Assembly: GCF_009914755.1 (NCBI RefSeq)
Contig: NC_060925.1
Length of the DNA stretch: 64,000 bases
Reading direction: 5' to 3' (one strand)
DNA from: the human T2T-CHM13v2.0 reference genome, Homo sapiens
The notes under the pieces were generated by a model that searched no databases, was not told the origin of the DNA, and saw nothing but the letters and a program-made list of their open reading frames with translations. Each line of letters begins with the position of its first letter. Positions within the stretch are counted from its first letter, which is position 1. Positions 47,471 through 60,412 of the stretch are shown here, one piece after another. Both the position numbers and the translations under genes were made by a program.

Positions 47471-49565
47471 TTCTAGATTTTCAAGTCGAAATTCTTGAAT
47501 TTGAAACAAGAGTCTGGATGTCGGCAAAATGGCAAGTGCCAGCCTTCATTCTCTCCACAGAAACACTAATTTAACAATTACATCCAAACTAAAATACTTC
47601 TATGAGAGGCCCAGAATCTAATTAAAAAGTGTCAGTACCCCAGATGAGCACAAAATTGAGAACAGACTCAATGAAATGAGGAAGAAGAGCAATTTCACTT
47701 AGTCTGTGTCAGTACCTCCCTCAAGCTGACATGGCTCAGCATTAAGAGAGATAGCTTCAGCCCACAATTTCTCTTTTGAGGAAAAGAGAGTAAATTATGC
47801 ATTCAATGTCTCAGATCTTTCAGTGTGCTACCTCAGGGACCAGTTACTGTTTTGTCCCACCTGAAGCACTGAAGTAAATGGAAGAGGTTGGATGACTAAG
47901 GAAGCTACTCACAAAGAAAAAGGGCAGGCAGCCTTCTTCTGCTGGCATGACTCTGCAAGAATGAGAGAAGGCATACAATGCCAAGGCTTTTGGCTCCAGA
48001 GAAAGAGATAGAGCAATGGACTTGCCTCCAACATGCTAACCTTTTGATTCTCTGCCTGAGGTTTCTATCTCACCTCACCCAGAATGCTAATGGAACTGGC
48101 ATAGTTTTGTGAGGGCTAAAAATAAAGGAAATGGAGTAGGTAACATACTAAACCCTATACAGATTTGCAACAATGGAAAAGATGCAGAATACAAGGATTC
48201 CATAGGCATGGAAGAAGAATAGTGCAGTATATCTCCAAAATATTAACCTGTGATACAGCAGACACCAGAGAGAGCAAGATAATATAGGCTCCTGAAAAAT
48301 ATTCAAGCAGTATTCCTCTATTTATAAATTCACACACACAAATCCAAAGAAGTCACATCCGTAGAAAAGGTTTGAGAGATTTTCATAATCTCTAACTAGG
48401 CTGAGTGAAGATCTTTCCCTGTCAAAGCTAGACCATAAAGATTTTAGAGGTGGCTGTTGCATTCAAATGCACAAGCGCCAATGCAAAGCTACAAAAAACA
48501 CAAAGAAACAGGACAATATAAAACAATTAAGAAACAAAATAATTCCTGAAGTAACCAACTATAGAGAAATGAAGATTTATGAATTCTCAAAGCATTCAAA
48601 ATAATTATCTTAAAGTTCAGTGAGATACACGAAAACATAGTTAAATAAAACAATATATGACTAGAATAAATATCACCAGAGATTAAAACTATGAAAGAAG
48701 AACCAAACAGAAAGAAAGACTAGAATAACTAAACTGAAAAAAAAAAAAAACAACCTACAGAAACATTCAACAGCAAACTTGATCAAATGAAAGAATCGAT
48801 GATCTTGAAGGTAGGTCACTTGAAATTATCCAATTATAGAAGTAAAAAGAAAAAAGAACTTAAAAAGAGTAAAGAAAGCCTAAGAGACTTATGGGACATC
48901 AAATGCACCAATATGTTCATTATGGGAGTCACAGAAGGAAATGAGACTAAAGGGCAGAGAATCTATTTTTTTAAATAATGCCTAAAATCTTCCCAAAATT
49001 CAAAGGGAAACAGACATTCAAATTCATGAATAAAGTTCAAAGAGTATAAAATAGAATAAACCCAAAGAAGTCTACACTGAGATGCATATTAATCAAATTG
49101 TCAAAAGTGAAAGAATTTTGAAAGTAAAAGAAAAGTAACCTCCATAAAAAAAAAAATCAACAGATTTCTCAAAAGAAATTTTATAGGTTAGAAGGGGGTA
49201 GGATGATATAGTCAAAGTGCTGAAAGAAAAAAAAAAGAAATCTGCCAATCAGGAATACTATATTCAGCAATGTGTCCTTCAGAAATGATGGTGAGATAAG
49301 GACTTTTCCAGACAAACAAAAGCTTTTGAAAAATTCTTGTCATTTCTCTTTAGCATAATACTAGAAGTCCTAACTAGAGCAATTAGACAAGAAAAATAAA
49401 ATTAAAATCATGAAAATGGAAAAATGTGTCTCTTTACAAATAAAATAATTTTATATATAGAAAATCCAAAATGCCCCACATAAAGATGAAACTATTTGAA
49501 TTAATAAAAGGAATTCGTAAAGTTGCAGGATATGAAAACAATATACAAAAATCAGTTGTATTTTC

Positions 49566-49899
49566 TTGTTTTTGTTTTTGTTTTTGGTTTTGGTTTTTTT
49601 TTTTTTTTTTTTTTTTTTTTGACAGTCTCTCACTCTTTTGCCCAGGGTGGAGTGAAGTGGCACACTTTTGGCTCACTGTAATCTCTGCTCCCTGGGTTCA
49701 GGCGATTCTCCTGCCTCAGCCTCCCAAGGAGTTGGAGTTGGGATTACAGGCACCAACCACCTGAAAAAAATGTGTATTTTTGGTAGAGACAAGGTTTTGC
49801 CATTTGGCCAGGCTGGTCTCAAACTCCTGACCTCAGGTGATGCACCCACCTTGGCCTCCCAAAGTGTGAGATTACAGGTGTGAGCCACCACGCCCGGCC
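49566..49899 (-). mobile_element. AluS (Sx/Sz-like) with a (TTTTG)n/poly-T tail
   Basis: 'ggccaggctggtctcaaactcctgacctcaggtgat'; 16-bp TSD aatcagttgtattttc/aacgagttgtattttc (49550-49565, 49900-49915). Confidence 0.93.
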
Positions 49900-49915
49900 A
49901 ACGAGTTGTATTTTC

Positions 49916-50137
49916 AGTGGGTACACAGTGAAATACAGAGTGTAATAATAGACATAGAAGACCCAAAAAAGTGAAAGGGCAGGATGGGGGTGAGGATTGA
50001 AAAATTACCTATTTGGTATAATGTTTGCTATTTGAGTGATAGGTATACTAAAAGCCCAGGCTTTACCACTACACAATATATCCATGTAACAAAACCACAC
50101 TTACACCCTCTAAATCTGTTTTTAAAAAATTAAAAGG
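49916..50137 (+). mobile_element. L1PB4-like 3' UTR fragment
   Basis: 'gaggattgaaaaattacctatttggtataatg...tactaaaagcccaggctttaccactacacaatatatccatgtaacaaaacc'. Confidence 0.88.
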
Positions 50138-51838
50138 AAAATCACTTGAATTTAGGTACACTGACAATAAACTATTCAGAAAAGAAATTAAAAAAGCAAT
50201 ATCATTTACAATTGCATTAGAAAAAATAAAATGAGGAAAAGATAGTCTCTTCACAAATGGTGATGGGAAAATTATACATTCACATGCAAAAGAATGAAAT
50301 TGAAACTTTAACTTATGCCATACACAAAAATTAATTCAAAATAGATTTAATGTAAGAATTGAAGCTGGAAAACTACTAGGAGAAAACAGAGAAGAAAAGC
50401 TCCAAGTTACTGTCCGGGTCATGATTTTTTTTATATCACCTCAAAATAACCAACAATAAAAGCAAAAATAGACAAATGCGATTACATAAAATTAAAAAGC
50501 TTCTGCACAGGAAAAAAAAATCAACAGAGTTAAAGAAATAGGGTTAGAAAATAAACAGAAAATAAACTTGAAAAAATTAGAAAAGATTTGGAAATCATAT
50601 CTCTGATTAAAGGCTGATATGCAAAATATGTAAGAAATTAACCCTTACAACAATAGAATACTATAGCAAAGAACCTGATTTTATGATGGACAAAATATTT
50701 GAATAGACATTTCTGCCAAAAAGACATACAAATGACAAATAGGTTTACAAAGTATGCTCAGTGTCATTAATCATCAGAGGAATGCAAATCATAACCACAG
50801 TGAGAATATCAACTCATACCTGTTAGAATGGCTATTATCAAAAAACAAAAACAAAAAAGATAACAAGTGTCAATGAGGATGTGGAGAAAGTGTCAGTGGA
50901 GATGTAAAATGGTGCTACTACTATGGAAAACAGTATAGAGGTTCCTCAAAAAATTAAAAATAGAGTTACCATATAACTCAGAAATCCCCTTTCTGGGTAT
51001 ATATCTAAAATAGTTAGAATCAGGATCTCAAAAAAAAAAAAAAAATCTGTGCTGCCATGTTCATTGCAGTATTATTCACAGTAGCCAAGATATAGAAACA
51101 ACCTAAATGTCAATATGCAGATAAATGGAAAAGAAACTGTAGTATACACACACAATGAAATATTATTCAGCTTTTAAAAAGAAGGAAATTCTGCCATATT
51201 CAACAATGTAAATAAACCTTGAAGACATTATGCCAAGTGAAAGAAGCCAGTCACAGAAGGACAAATACTGTGTGATTCCATGTATATAAGCTATCTAAAA
51301 TGCCAAATTCAGAAACAGAGTAGAAAGTTTGTTGTCAGGATCTGGGTGAAGAAGGAATGGGGATTGTTTTTCAGTGAGTATAAAGTTTCAATGATGCAAG
51401 ATGAATAAATTCTAGAAAACCACTGTACAGCATAGTGTTTATATTTAATAATACTGCATTGTGCACTTAAAATATGAGAGCATATGTTATATAAAATGTT
51501 CATATTACAATAAATGAAGGAAGGAAGAAAGGAAGGGAGAGAGGGAGATAAATTAGATGATTCCATTTACTAGATATGTAATTTTTTATGTCTCTATATC
51601 TTCATTTGTAAATCATTGAAATAATATACCTACTTTTGAGTGTTCAGAGCTAACTTAATGGTAAATATTATTGCTTCTGTTTTTACTATTGGTTTCTTGA
51701 AAGAGGGCTTCTTTGATCTACCAACTCAGATATTCTCACTCCCACACTGTATGTACACTTAAAGTGCTCAGCACATGACACATTTAACATTGATAAATAT
51801 TATTTTATTTTACTACTAAACTATAAATTTATAAAAGA

Positions 51839-52535
51839 TATGGCAGATACTGCTAGATATCCTCCAGTATCTATTCTTCTTTCTTTACTAACCAAATTCC
51901 TTATATTTACCTGGGTTTACTGCTTCCCAGAAGTTCCCTTCTCCTATTGCTTCAGAAAATCATGCAAAAACATAGGGGCTTAAAACAATAACAAGAATTT
52001 TATTATCCCTCACATTTTGTAGGGTAAGTAATTCAGAACAGGCTTGACAGAGAGGGTTGGCTTAGTTTTCTCTTGTGGTTTCAGCCAGATGGAGATAGAG
52101 CTATAACAATAGGGGGGTGGGTGCTGCATATTAAAGAACTGGCTGAGAATGTCTCCCATGTAGCCTCAAGGCCTCTCCATGTGTCTCTTCATGATCACAA
52201 CACAGTGGCCTTAGGACAGTCTGACTGATTATATAATAGCTATGGGGCCCAAAATCATGGTCCTAAGAGAACAATATGGGGACTGTACTGCCTCTTATTA
52301 TCCAGCATTTTAAGTAATATAATGTCATTTCTGCCATGCTCAGAAGCTAATCAAGATTCCAGGGAATGGAACATAAACCCCATCTTTTGATGGGAGAAGT
52401 GTCAGCATCATATTGTTAAAAAAAATATAAAAAGTAAAACAGAAGCTATAATTGCAGTCATATTTGGAAAAAACAACATGACATATGATAAGTTTGGACC
52501 AAGGGAATATGAATAAAAGTGATGTGTGGAAGTTA
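51839..52535 (+). mobile_element. LTR33-like ERVL LTR fragment split by MLT1
   Basis: Start 'tatggcagatactgctagatatcctccagtatctattcttc'; resumes 'tatgataagtttggaccaagggaatatgaataaaagtgatgtgtgg' after the MLT1. Confidence 0.5.
51935..52483 (-). mobile_element. MLT1 (F-like) MaLR LTR
   Basis: 'ggcttaaaacaataac...ggcctctccatgtgtctcttc...ccccatcttttgatgggagaagtgtca...gcagtcatatttggaaaaa'. Confidence 0.72.
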
Positions 52536-52539
52536 AAGA

Positions 52540-53740
52540 TTAATATTCCTCATGAAAATATAAAAATACTTAGCAAAATATTAGCAAATCTAGCAATATA
52601 TAAAAAGGATATGACACTATGACAAGTAGAATTTATCCAGAGTAAAAAGCTGGCTTAATATCAGAAAATCAGTCCCTGTCATTCAGAATTTAATTATGTC
52701 AATAGATGCAAAAAAAGTAATAAAATTCAATGCTTGTTCATTATAAAATCTCTTGGCAAACTAACTGCTATGGTGTAAATGTATAGCCTCTAATATTCAT
52801 GTTGAAACCTAATTTCTATTTGGAGGTACTAAAATTTGGGACCTTTGGGGATGTGATTAGGTCATTAGGGCTGTACCCTCATGAATGGATTAGTACCTTA
52901 TTAAAATACTGGAGTTAAATAGCTTAGGTCCTTTTTTGTCCTCCCCACTTCTGCCATGTAAGGACCCAACAAGAGAGCCCTCGCCAGACACTGAACCTGC
53001 CAGCATCTTGATCTTGGATTTTCCAGCCTTCAGAGCTGTGAAAAATAGATTTGTGTGCTTTATAAATTATCCAATCTGTGGTATTTTTATAGTTGTACAA
53101 ACAGAGTAAGACACTAACATAAAGGAAAATGTCCTCAGACTGATAAAGGGCATCTAAAAATAAACCTCCACATCATACTTAATTGTGAAATATTAAACAC
53201 TTCCTTCAAAGACCGTTCCTGGAGGTGCTAACCAGTGTAATAGGACAAGGAAAATAATTGAAAGGTATAAAGATTGGAAATGAAAAAATATAAGTCTCTT
53301 CAGAGACAGCATGATTGTATACATAGAAGGTCCAAAGGAAAGTACAGAGAAAAACAGAATAACAAAAACAAATGAAAAAAACACTAGAACTGATATGTAA
53401 ATTTAGCAGTCATAGGATTCAAGGTCAGTATCTTAAAAAGTAATTGTATTTCTATGTATTAGCAACAAACAATTGATACATGAAATTAAAACAAAAAAAA
53501 AAACAAGAACAAAAAAACCCTGCCGTAAATAATAAAATAAAAAATATGCAAATATTTATAATAAAAGATGTGGAAAACCTGTACACTGTATAGCTACAAA
53601 ACATTGCTGAGAGGAATTAAGAAAATCTAAATGAATAGCAAAACATGCTATAGTAATGAATTGGACAATTAATATTTTAAGGTGCAATTTTTTCTCAAAA
53701 TCATCTCTAGATCCAAATAAAAATTCAAGCAGACACCCAG
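52540..53740 (+). mobile_element. Ancient L1M ORF2 (RT region) fragments
   Basis: 'cttagcaaaatattagcaaatc', 'tcaatagatgcaaaaaaag', 'tcttcagagacagcatgattgtatacatagaa'. Confidence 0.75.
52766..53113 (+). mobile_element. MST (C/D-like) MaLR solo LTR
   Basis: tgctatgg...taagaca ends; 'gccagcatcttgatcttggattttccagccttcag'; perfect 5-bp TSD ctaac at 52761-52765 and 53114-53118. Confidence 0.9.
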
Positions 53741-53774
53741 AGCCTAGATGTTGGTTTCTAAAGTTATTTTCAAA

Positions 53775-54680
53775 TAAAAGAAGTCAGGGTTCTTTTGATA
53801 AATGTTTGATGTTATAACTAAGACAGGAAATATACAAGATAAGCCTGGAACATTCTGTAATGTCAGAAAGTAAATAAATGCTCAAACAGTAAACATTGGG
53901 ATATGTCAGAGAGATACAGGAGTCAACCAAGTGAGACCAAATAAAGTAGTACTGGATTATCATCCAAAGGATAAAATAAATATCCATGAGCTCACACTGA
54001 TATAAATAAATAAATGGGGAAAATAAGCAAATTTCCTATGCAAAAAAATTCTTAATAATGTATGTAGATGTGCTGCTTCAAGCAGGTAAAATATAAATTC
54101 TCACTCCTAAAGTGTGGGCTGTGCATAGTAACTGCCAAAGGTTATGTTATGAAAAGGGGAAAAATCAATTTTGTGAAGAAAACTAACAAATATTTCCTCA
54201 GCCAGATGATCAAGGTTGGCATTAGCAGTAGAAAATAATGCTGATAGTATATGCCATTCATATGATATGATAAGAATGGCACATTACCTCTGTGATCATC
54301 TTCTCAAAAACCTATCTACTCATGACCAAAACATCGTAAAAATCCCAAATGGAGAATATTCTACAAAATACCTCTCCAGTAGTCCACAAAACCAGGGAAA
54401 TCCTGAAAAACTGACATTGCCAAGAGGAGCCTAAGGAAACATGACTAGATGTAATGTGATATAAAAAGGACATCAAGTAAAATCTAAGAAAATATAAATA
54501 AATGATGAACTTTAGTTTAAAATGATTTATCAGTATTGGTTCATGAATTGTGACAAATGCACCAAACTAATGTAAGATGTTTAAAAGGAAAATTTGACAT
54601 GGAAATTCTCTGTATTATCTTTGTAACTTTTCTGCAAAACTAAACCATTTCTAAAATAAGCAGTTTATTTTAAAAGTTTT
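53775..54680 (+). mobile_element. L1MC3-like 3' UTR
   Basis: 'ccaaaggataaaataaatatccatgagctcacactgatataaataaataaatg...cactcctaaagtgtgggctgtgcatagt...tgtaacttttctgcaaaactaaacc'. Confidence 0.8.
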
Positions 54681-55782
54681 AAGATATCCAAAAAGGGTTT
54701 GTGTGAATTTTTCAGCTGATTCTCAAATTTATATGAATATACAATTCCTAAAATAGTGCAACAATCTAACTAAAAATAAAACTCCAGTGTTAGGCCATCA
54801 TCCTCAGCCCCAACCTCCAAGCCCACCTGAGTGTCAGGCTAGCCTCTGAAGTCCAGGCTTCAGGCCTACCCCAGCACCAGGTCAGCACCCACAGAAACAG
54901 ATTTCAGGCCTGTTCAGCACCAGGTCTGCCTCTGCAGACCCAGGCTCCAGGATGACACCTATTGACTCAGGCTCCAGGCCCACCCCAGGCCTCAGACTGG
55001 CCCAGTGCCAGATTAACTCAGCCCCAGGCTTCAGGCCTATTCTAGCACCAGGTGCTCTGGAGTCCAGGCCAGCAGCTACACACTCAGTCTCTAGTCCTAC
55101 TCCAGTGCCAGGTTGATACTTGGAGACTCCGGCTCTAAGCCAGCCCTCATAGTCTCAGGTACTGGGCCAACACCCATGGACCCAGTGTTCAGGAAGTTCC
55201 CTACTGACAGAGGATCCAGGCCTACCCAGTGCCAAGTTAGTGCTTGTGGTCTCAGACTTTAGATTTGCCCCCATAGATCCAGGTTCCAAGTCAGCCTTCA
55301 CAGACCAAGGCACCAGGGCCACCCTCATGGAACCAGTCACAGGTCCTCCACAATGAATACTGGTGTGAGGCCTGACTCAGTGGACTGAGTTTCCACACTT
55401 AACCCTGCAGATTAATGCACTAGGCCTACCCACTTAGTCCCTCAGGTACCAGGCCAGCCTTCTCAAGGACCTCAGCAGCAAGCCCACCATGGACCGTACC
55501 AGGCAGCCTGTCCAGAATATCTAGATTGGCAGACTACTGAAGATTGCTGGCTTTCCTGCCAAAGCCAGTCTATAAAGACTGAAATAAGGGCCTACTGCTT
55601 CAAATTCATATAGTCCAATGCTTTGCCACAAGGATGACAAACAATCAGGGAAACATGACACCAATAAGGACACAAAATAAAGCACTGGTAGCCAACATTT
55701 TAAAAATGAAGACTTAAGAACTGCCTGACAAATAATTCTACATGATCATCTTGAAGAAGCTCAGTGAGCTGTAAGAGAACGA

Positions 55783-55820
55783 ACACACACACACACACAC
55801 ACTCTCACACACAGACACAT
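55783..55820. repeat. (CA)n microsatellite
   Basis: acacacacacacacacacacactctcacacacagacac. Confidence 0.9.
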
Positions 55821-57724
55821 ATATATCCAAATGAAATCAAGAAAGGAATACATGAACAAAATGATAAGTTCAACAAAGAGATAGCAACATAAAAACAAAC
55901 CAAACAGAAATACTGAAGCTGACAAACACAATGACTGAACTAAAAATTTTAGAGAGAGCTTCAACGATGGACTAATTCAAGCAGAAGAAAAAATAAGTGA
56001 GCTCAAAGACAGATCATTTGAAATCACAACATCAGAACAACAGCAACAACAAAAAAAGCATAATAAAAAAGTGGGAAAAAGCCTATAAGATGTATGGAAT
56101 ACCATCAAGTGAACCAATATACAAATTATGGAAGTCTCAGAAGGAACAGAGGAAAAAAAGGAGGTGGGGGCAGAAAAAAAAATAACAGAAAACTTTCCAA
56201 ATTTGGAGAGGTAAATGAACATCCAGATGCTTGAAGGCCAAAAAGCACCAGGTAGATTAAGCAGATGTTACTCAAGGCACAAAATAAAGCTCTCAAAAGT
56301 CAAAGACAAACAGATAATTGTGAAAGCAGCAAGAAAAAAAGCCACTTGTCACATAGAAGGGAACTCCTTCAGACAGCACATTTCTTAGTAGAAATCTTTC
56401 AGGCGTGGCTTACAAGAAACCCTAAAGGGATTTCTACAAAAATTGAAAGAAAGGCAAAGACAATAATTTGCAGCATGAAAACATGAAAGTATAAAACTCA
56501 TTGGAAAAGTAAATAGTTAAATTCAGAATACAATAATAGTATTATCATGGTGCATAAATCACTCATCTTTAGTATAAAGACAAAGCTATTAATAATAGCT
56601 ACAATAATTTGTCAAGGAATGCAAATAAAAAAGAAAGGAATTATGACACTGAAAACATAAAATGAAGGGTAGGCAGAGTAAAAGTATAGAGGTTTTTTTT
56701 TTTTTTTACGTGATTGAAGTTAAGCTGTTATCAGCTTAAAATATCCTGTTATAACTATAAGATGTTTGAGGTAAGCTTCATGGTAACCACAAATCCAAAA
56801 CCTATGGTAGACACAAAAAGATGAAAAAGTAAAGAATCAAAGCATACCACTAGGAAAAATTACCTAGTTACAAAAGAAGACATCAAGAGAGGGAAAAAAA
56901 AGGAACAAAAGATCTACAAAACAACCAGAAAACAATGGACAAAATGGTAGTAATACATCTTTACCTATAAATAATTACCTTAAATGTAAACAGATTAAAT
57001 TATTGAATCAAAAAAAAGAGTAGGTACAAGATACTCGGTTTACTTTTAAGGACACATGTATTGAAAGTACATGGATGGAAACAGATATTCCATGCAAGCA
57101 AAAACCAATGAGAGCAGAGGTGGCTGTACTCATATCAGGCATTAATAGACATTCAGTCAAAAACTGTAAAAAGAGACAAGGTTATTATGTGATAATAAAG
57201 GGATGAATTCATCAAGAGGATATAATAATAGTAAAAGATTTCAATATTGCCCTGCCAACAATAGAGAGCTCATCTGGATAAAACTCAATAAGGAAACATT
57301 GGATTTGAACCACACTTTAGATCAAATAGACCAAACAGATAGATATAGAATATGCCATCAATTGTAGCAGAATACACATTTTTATCCATTGACATAGAAC
57401 ATTCATCAGTATAAACCATATGTTAGGACAAAAAACAAGTTTTAAACATTTGAGAAGATTGAAATTATATCAAGTATCTTTTCTAACCACAATGATATAA
57501 AACTAAAAATCTGTAACAGGAAGAATTTTTTTAATTAGCAAATATGTGGAAACTATACAGCATGCTCCTGAACAAACAATGGGTCAAAAAATAATTTAAA
57601 ACTGAAATTTAAAAATATTTTGAGACAAATGCAAATGGAAACACAGCATATCAAAACTTACCAGATGTAGCCGAAGCAATTCTAAGAGGAAACTTTGTAG
57701 CAATAAATGCCTACATCAAACAAG

Positions 57725-57798
57725 AAGAAAGATCTCAAATAAACAATCAAAGAAAGATCTCAAATAAACAATCAAAGAAAGATCTCAAATAAACAATC
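57725..57798. repeat. Perfect 25-bp tandem repeat, ~3 copies
   Basis: aagaaagatctcaaataaacaatca at 57725, 57750 and 57775 (last copy 24/25). Confidence 0.97.
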
Positions 57799-58333
57799 TA
57801 TTGTTATAACTCAAAGAATGAGGGGGAGGCGGGTGGAAAACTAACCCCAGAGTCAGTAGAAGAAAAAAAATAAAAGATCAGAGCAGAAGTAAATGAAATA
57901 GAATGTAGAAGAGCAATAGAAGATCAACAAAACCAAGAGCTGTTGTTCTGAAAAAATAAAATCAATACATCTTTAACTAAACTAACAAAAAATAGAGATG
58001 AGTCACAAGTAAATAAAAGTATAAATGAAAGAAGAGACATTATTATTGATACCACCAAAATAGAGAGGATCATGAGAAACTACTAGGAACAATTATATGG
58101 CAACAAGTTGGATAACCTAGGAGAAATGGATACATTTCTAGACACAGCCAGCCTAGCAAGACTGAATAATGAATAAGTAGAAAATCTGAATAGACCAACA
58201 ATGAGTAACAAGATTGAATCCATGATAAAAAGTCATCAAAGAAAAGTGCAGGCCCTGAGAGCTTAAATACTAATTCTACCAAACATTTTAAGACAAACTA
58301 ACCAATCTTTCTCAAACTCTTCTTTAAGAGAGG

Positions 58334-58642
<309 letters not shown>

Positions 58643-58835
58643 AGGAATATTTTAAAATTCATTTTAAAAGGCAAGCATTAATTACCCTGATATCACAGCC
58701 AGACAAAATCACTATAAGACAAGAAAATTACAAGCCAATATCTATGATGAACATAGATGCAAATATCCTCAACAAAATATTTCCAAGCTGAATTCAACAG
58801 CACATTGAAAAGATCATTCACCGTAATGAAATGGA

Positions 58836-58874
58836 CAGTGAGCCGAAATCATGCCATTGCATTCCAACCTGGGC

Positions 58875-58909
<35 letters not shown>

Positions 58910-58934
58910 AGAAATCTCAATACAAAAAAAAAAA
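58836..58934 (+). mobile_element. Alu 3'-end fragment containing (CAA)12
   Basis: 'cagtgagccgaaatcatgccattgcattccaacctggg' + (CAA)12 at 58874-58909 + A-rich tail. Confidence 0.88.
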
Positions 58935-60195
58935 GGTAAAAGAATCTACGTCTCCAAAATCTCAAACTGTCATAGTAGCCCTGGACTTCTTACCCTTTTA
59001 CATGACAGAAAAATACCAACTATGGCAGCAGCACAGATCATGTGTTAATCATCCTGTTTCCCTAATGCCTAATATTAGAAGAGATAAGGCAAATATTTGT
59101 TAAACTAAATTGAATGTTTATGTAGAGAAGACCTCTACAGTATTTCCAGAATTCAATAACTCCATGGGTTCAACTCATTCAAAGGTCCAAATGCCCTGCT
59201 CTGAGACATTACTGAGATTACTTAAGAATAAGCCTTTTAGGCAATACACATAATCTGGTATTGGTTAAAGGAGAACGTTGAGTCCCTTTCATTATGATTT
59301 ATTTTGTATACTTCCAGTTTTGTTTCTATTTTTTCTCTGAGGGAGGGGGAAAAATTAGGAGAGGACATTTTCCCCTTCCAAGGAAATGTGGAAATATCCT
59401 GAATATGCCATCAGGAAGAAAAGCTTTCAAAGCATGATGTATTATACATTGTTGAATTTTGGAAAATTCCTAAGTAAACCTCACCAGGTTATTTCTGTAC
59501 AATTACAAAATTTCCAGTCAGTTTCCCTGGAGTGTGTGCTACAGTGAAACTGACTAAACTTCCAGTTGTGTTTAATTCTTACACATAGCTGAAGGTGTGG
59601 GCCTATACTCACTTTGAATCGTAACTTTTTCTAAAAATGAATAATGCTAATTAAGCTAAGCAGGAGATCTGAAGAGAAAGATCACATACAATCAGCAAGA
59701 GCTAACTTCTCCTGAAGAAAAATAATAATCCTGTTTGCCTTTTCTCCTTGCTGGTAAGACCATCCTAAACTGTCCAAATCTTACTCCAGGCAGGAGTTAT
59801 TTAATAAGTGCTAACCACATGTTTTGGATCTAGTGCTCTTCAGTCCAGTCCATCTCTCATAAGTTCCTGTACCTACCTCAGCTACATATGTCTTGGCCTC
59901 ATCATCAAATGCCTATTCGTTACTCCAGGCCTCAACCCATTTCTAAAGCTTATCTCACCCTGTATACCTCTCTGTTTTTTCCTGTATTCCCTTATTATTT
60001 GATTTTGCATTCTATTTATAATTTAAACCTGACATGGAAATTGCTATCATGGTCCATAGTTGGTCTTCTGGAAAATCAATAATAAATTTCCAGTTTAACT
60101 TTATTGTCTCTGGTTACTGGGATGACACATCAGACAGCATGAAATTACCTTTGTTGATCATCTTAATTTGGGCTCATTCAAAGGACTGAGAAATC

Positions 60196-60412
60196 GCATA
60201 ATGCAGTGGTTAAGAGTCCCTAGAGACAGATGCCTGGATGGGAATTCCTTGACTTGTTCATGTTTAACCTCTCTCTGCCTCAGTTTTCGCATCTATAAAA
60301 TAGTATGATAATAAAACTCAATTCTAGAGATGCAATAGGAAGTACATAAAATAAAGTATGTATCACAAAGAACTATATCCAGCATGTATTAAATAATCAA
60401 TAAACATGCACT
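60196..60412 (+). mobile_element. MIR
   Basis: 'gcagtggttaagag...tttaacctctctctgcctcagttttcgcatctataaaatag'. Confidence 0.8.

Larger units (their letters stand above)
47512..51512 (+). mobile_element. Old L1 (L1M 5' end and ORF1; L1MA8/9-type 3' end) with large internal deletions
   Basis: 5' 'ggcaaaatggc'; ORF1 remnant (SLRDLWD, 48787-48978); jump from the ORF1 end (~49325) to ORF2 RT; 3'UTR 'aagtttcaatgatgcaagatgaataaattctag'. Confidence 0.8.

Noticed and set aside
58757-59103. PolyQ, polyT and polyN ORFs
   Set aside because: They are three frames across the (CAA)12 microsatellite in an Alu stub.
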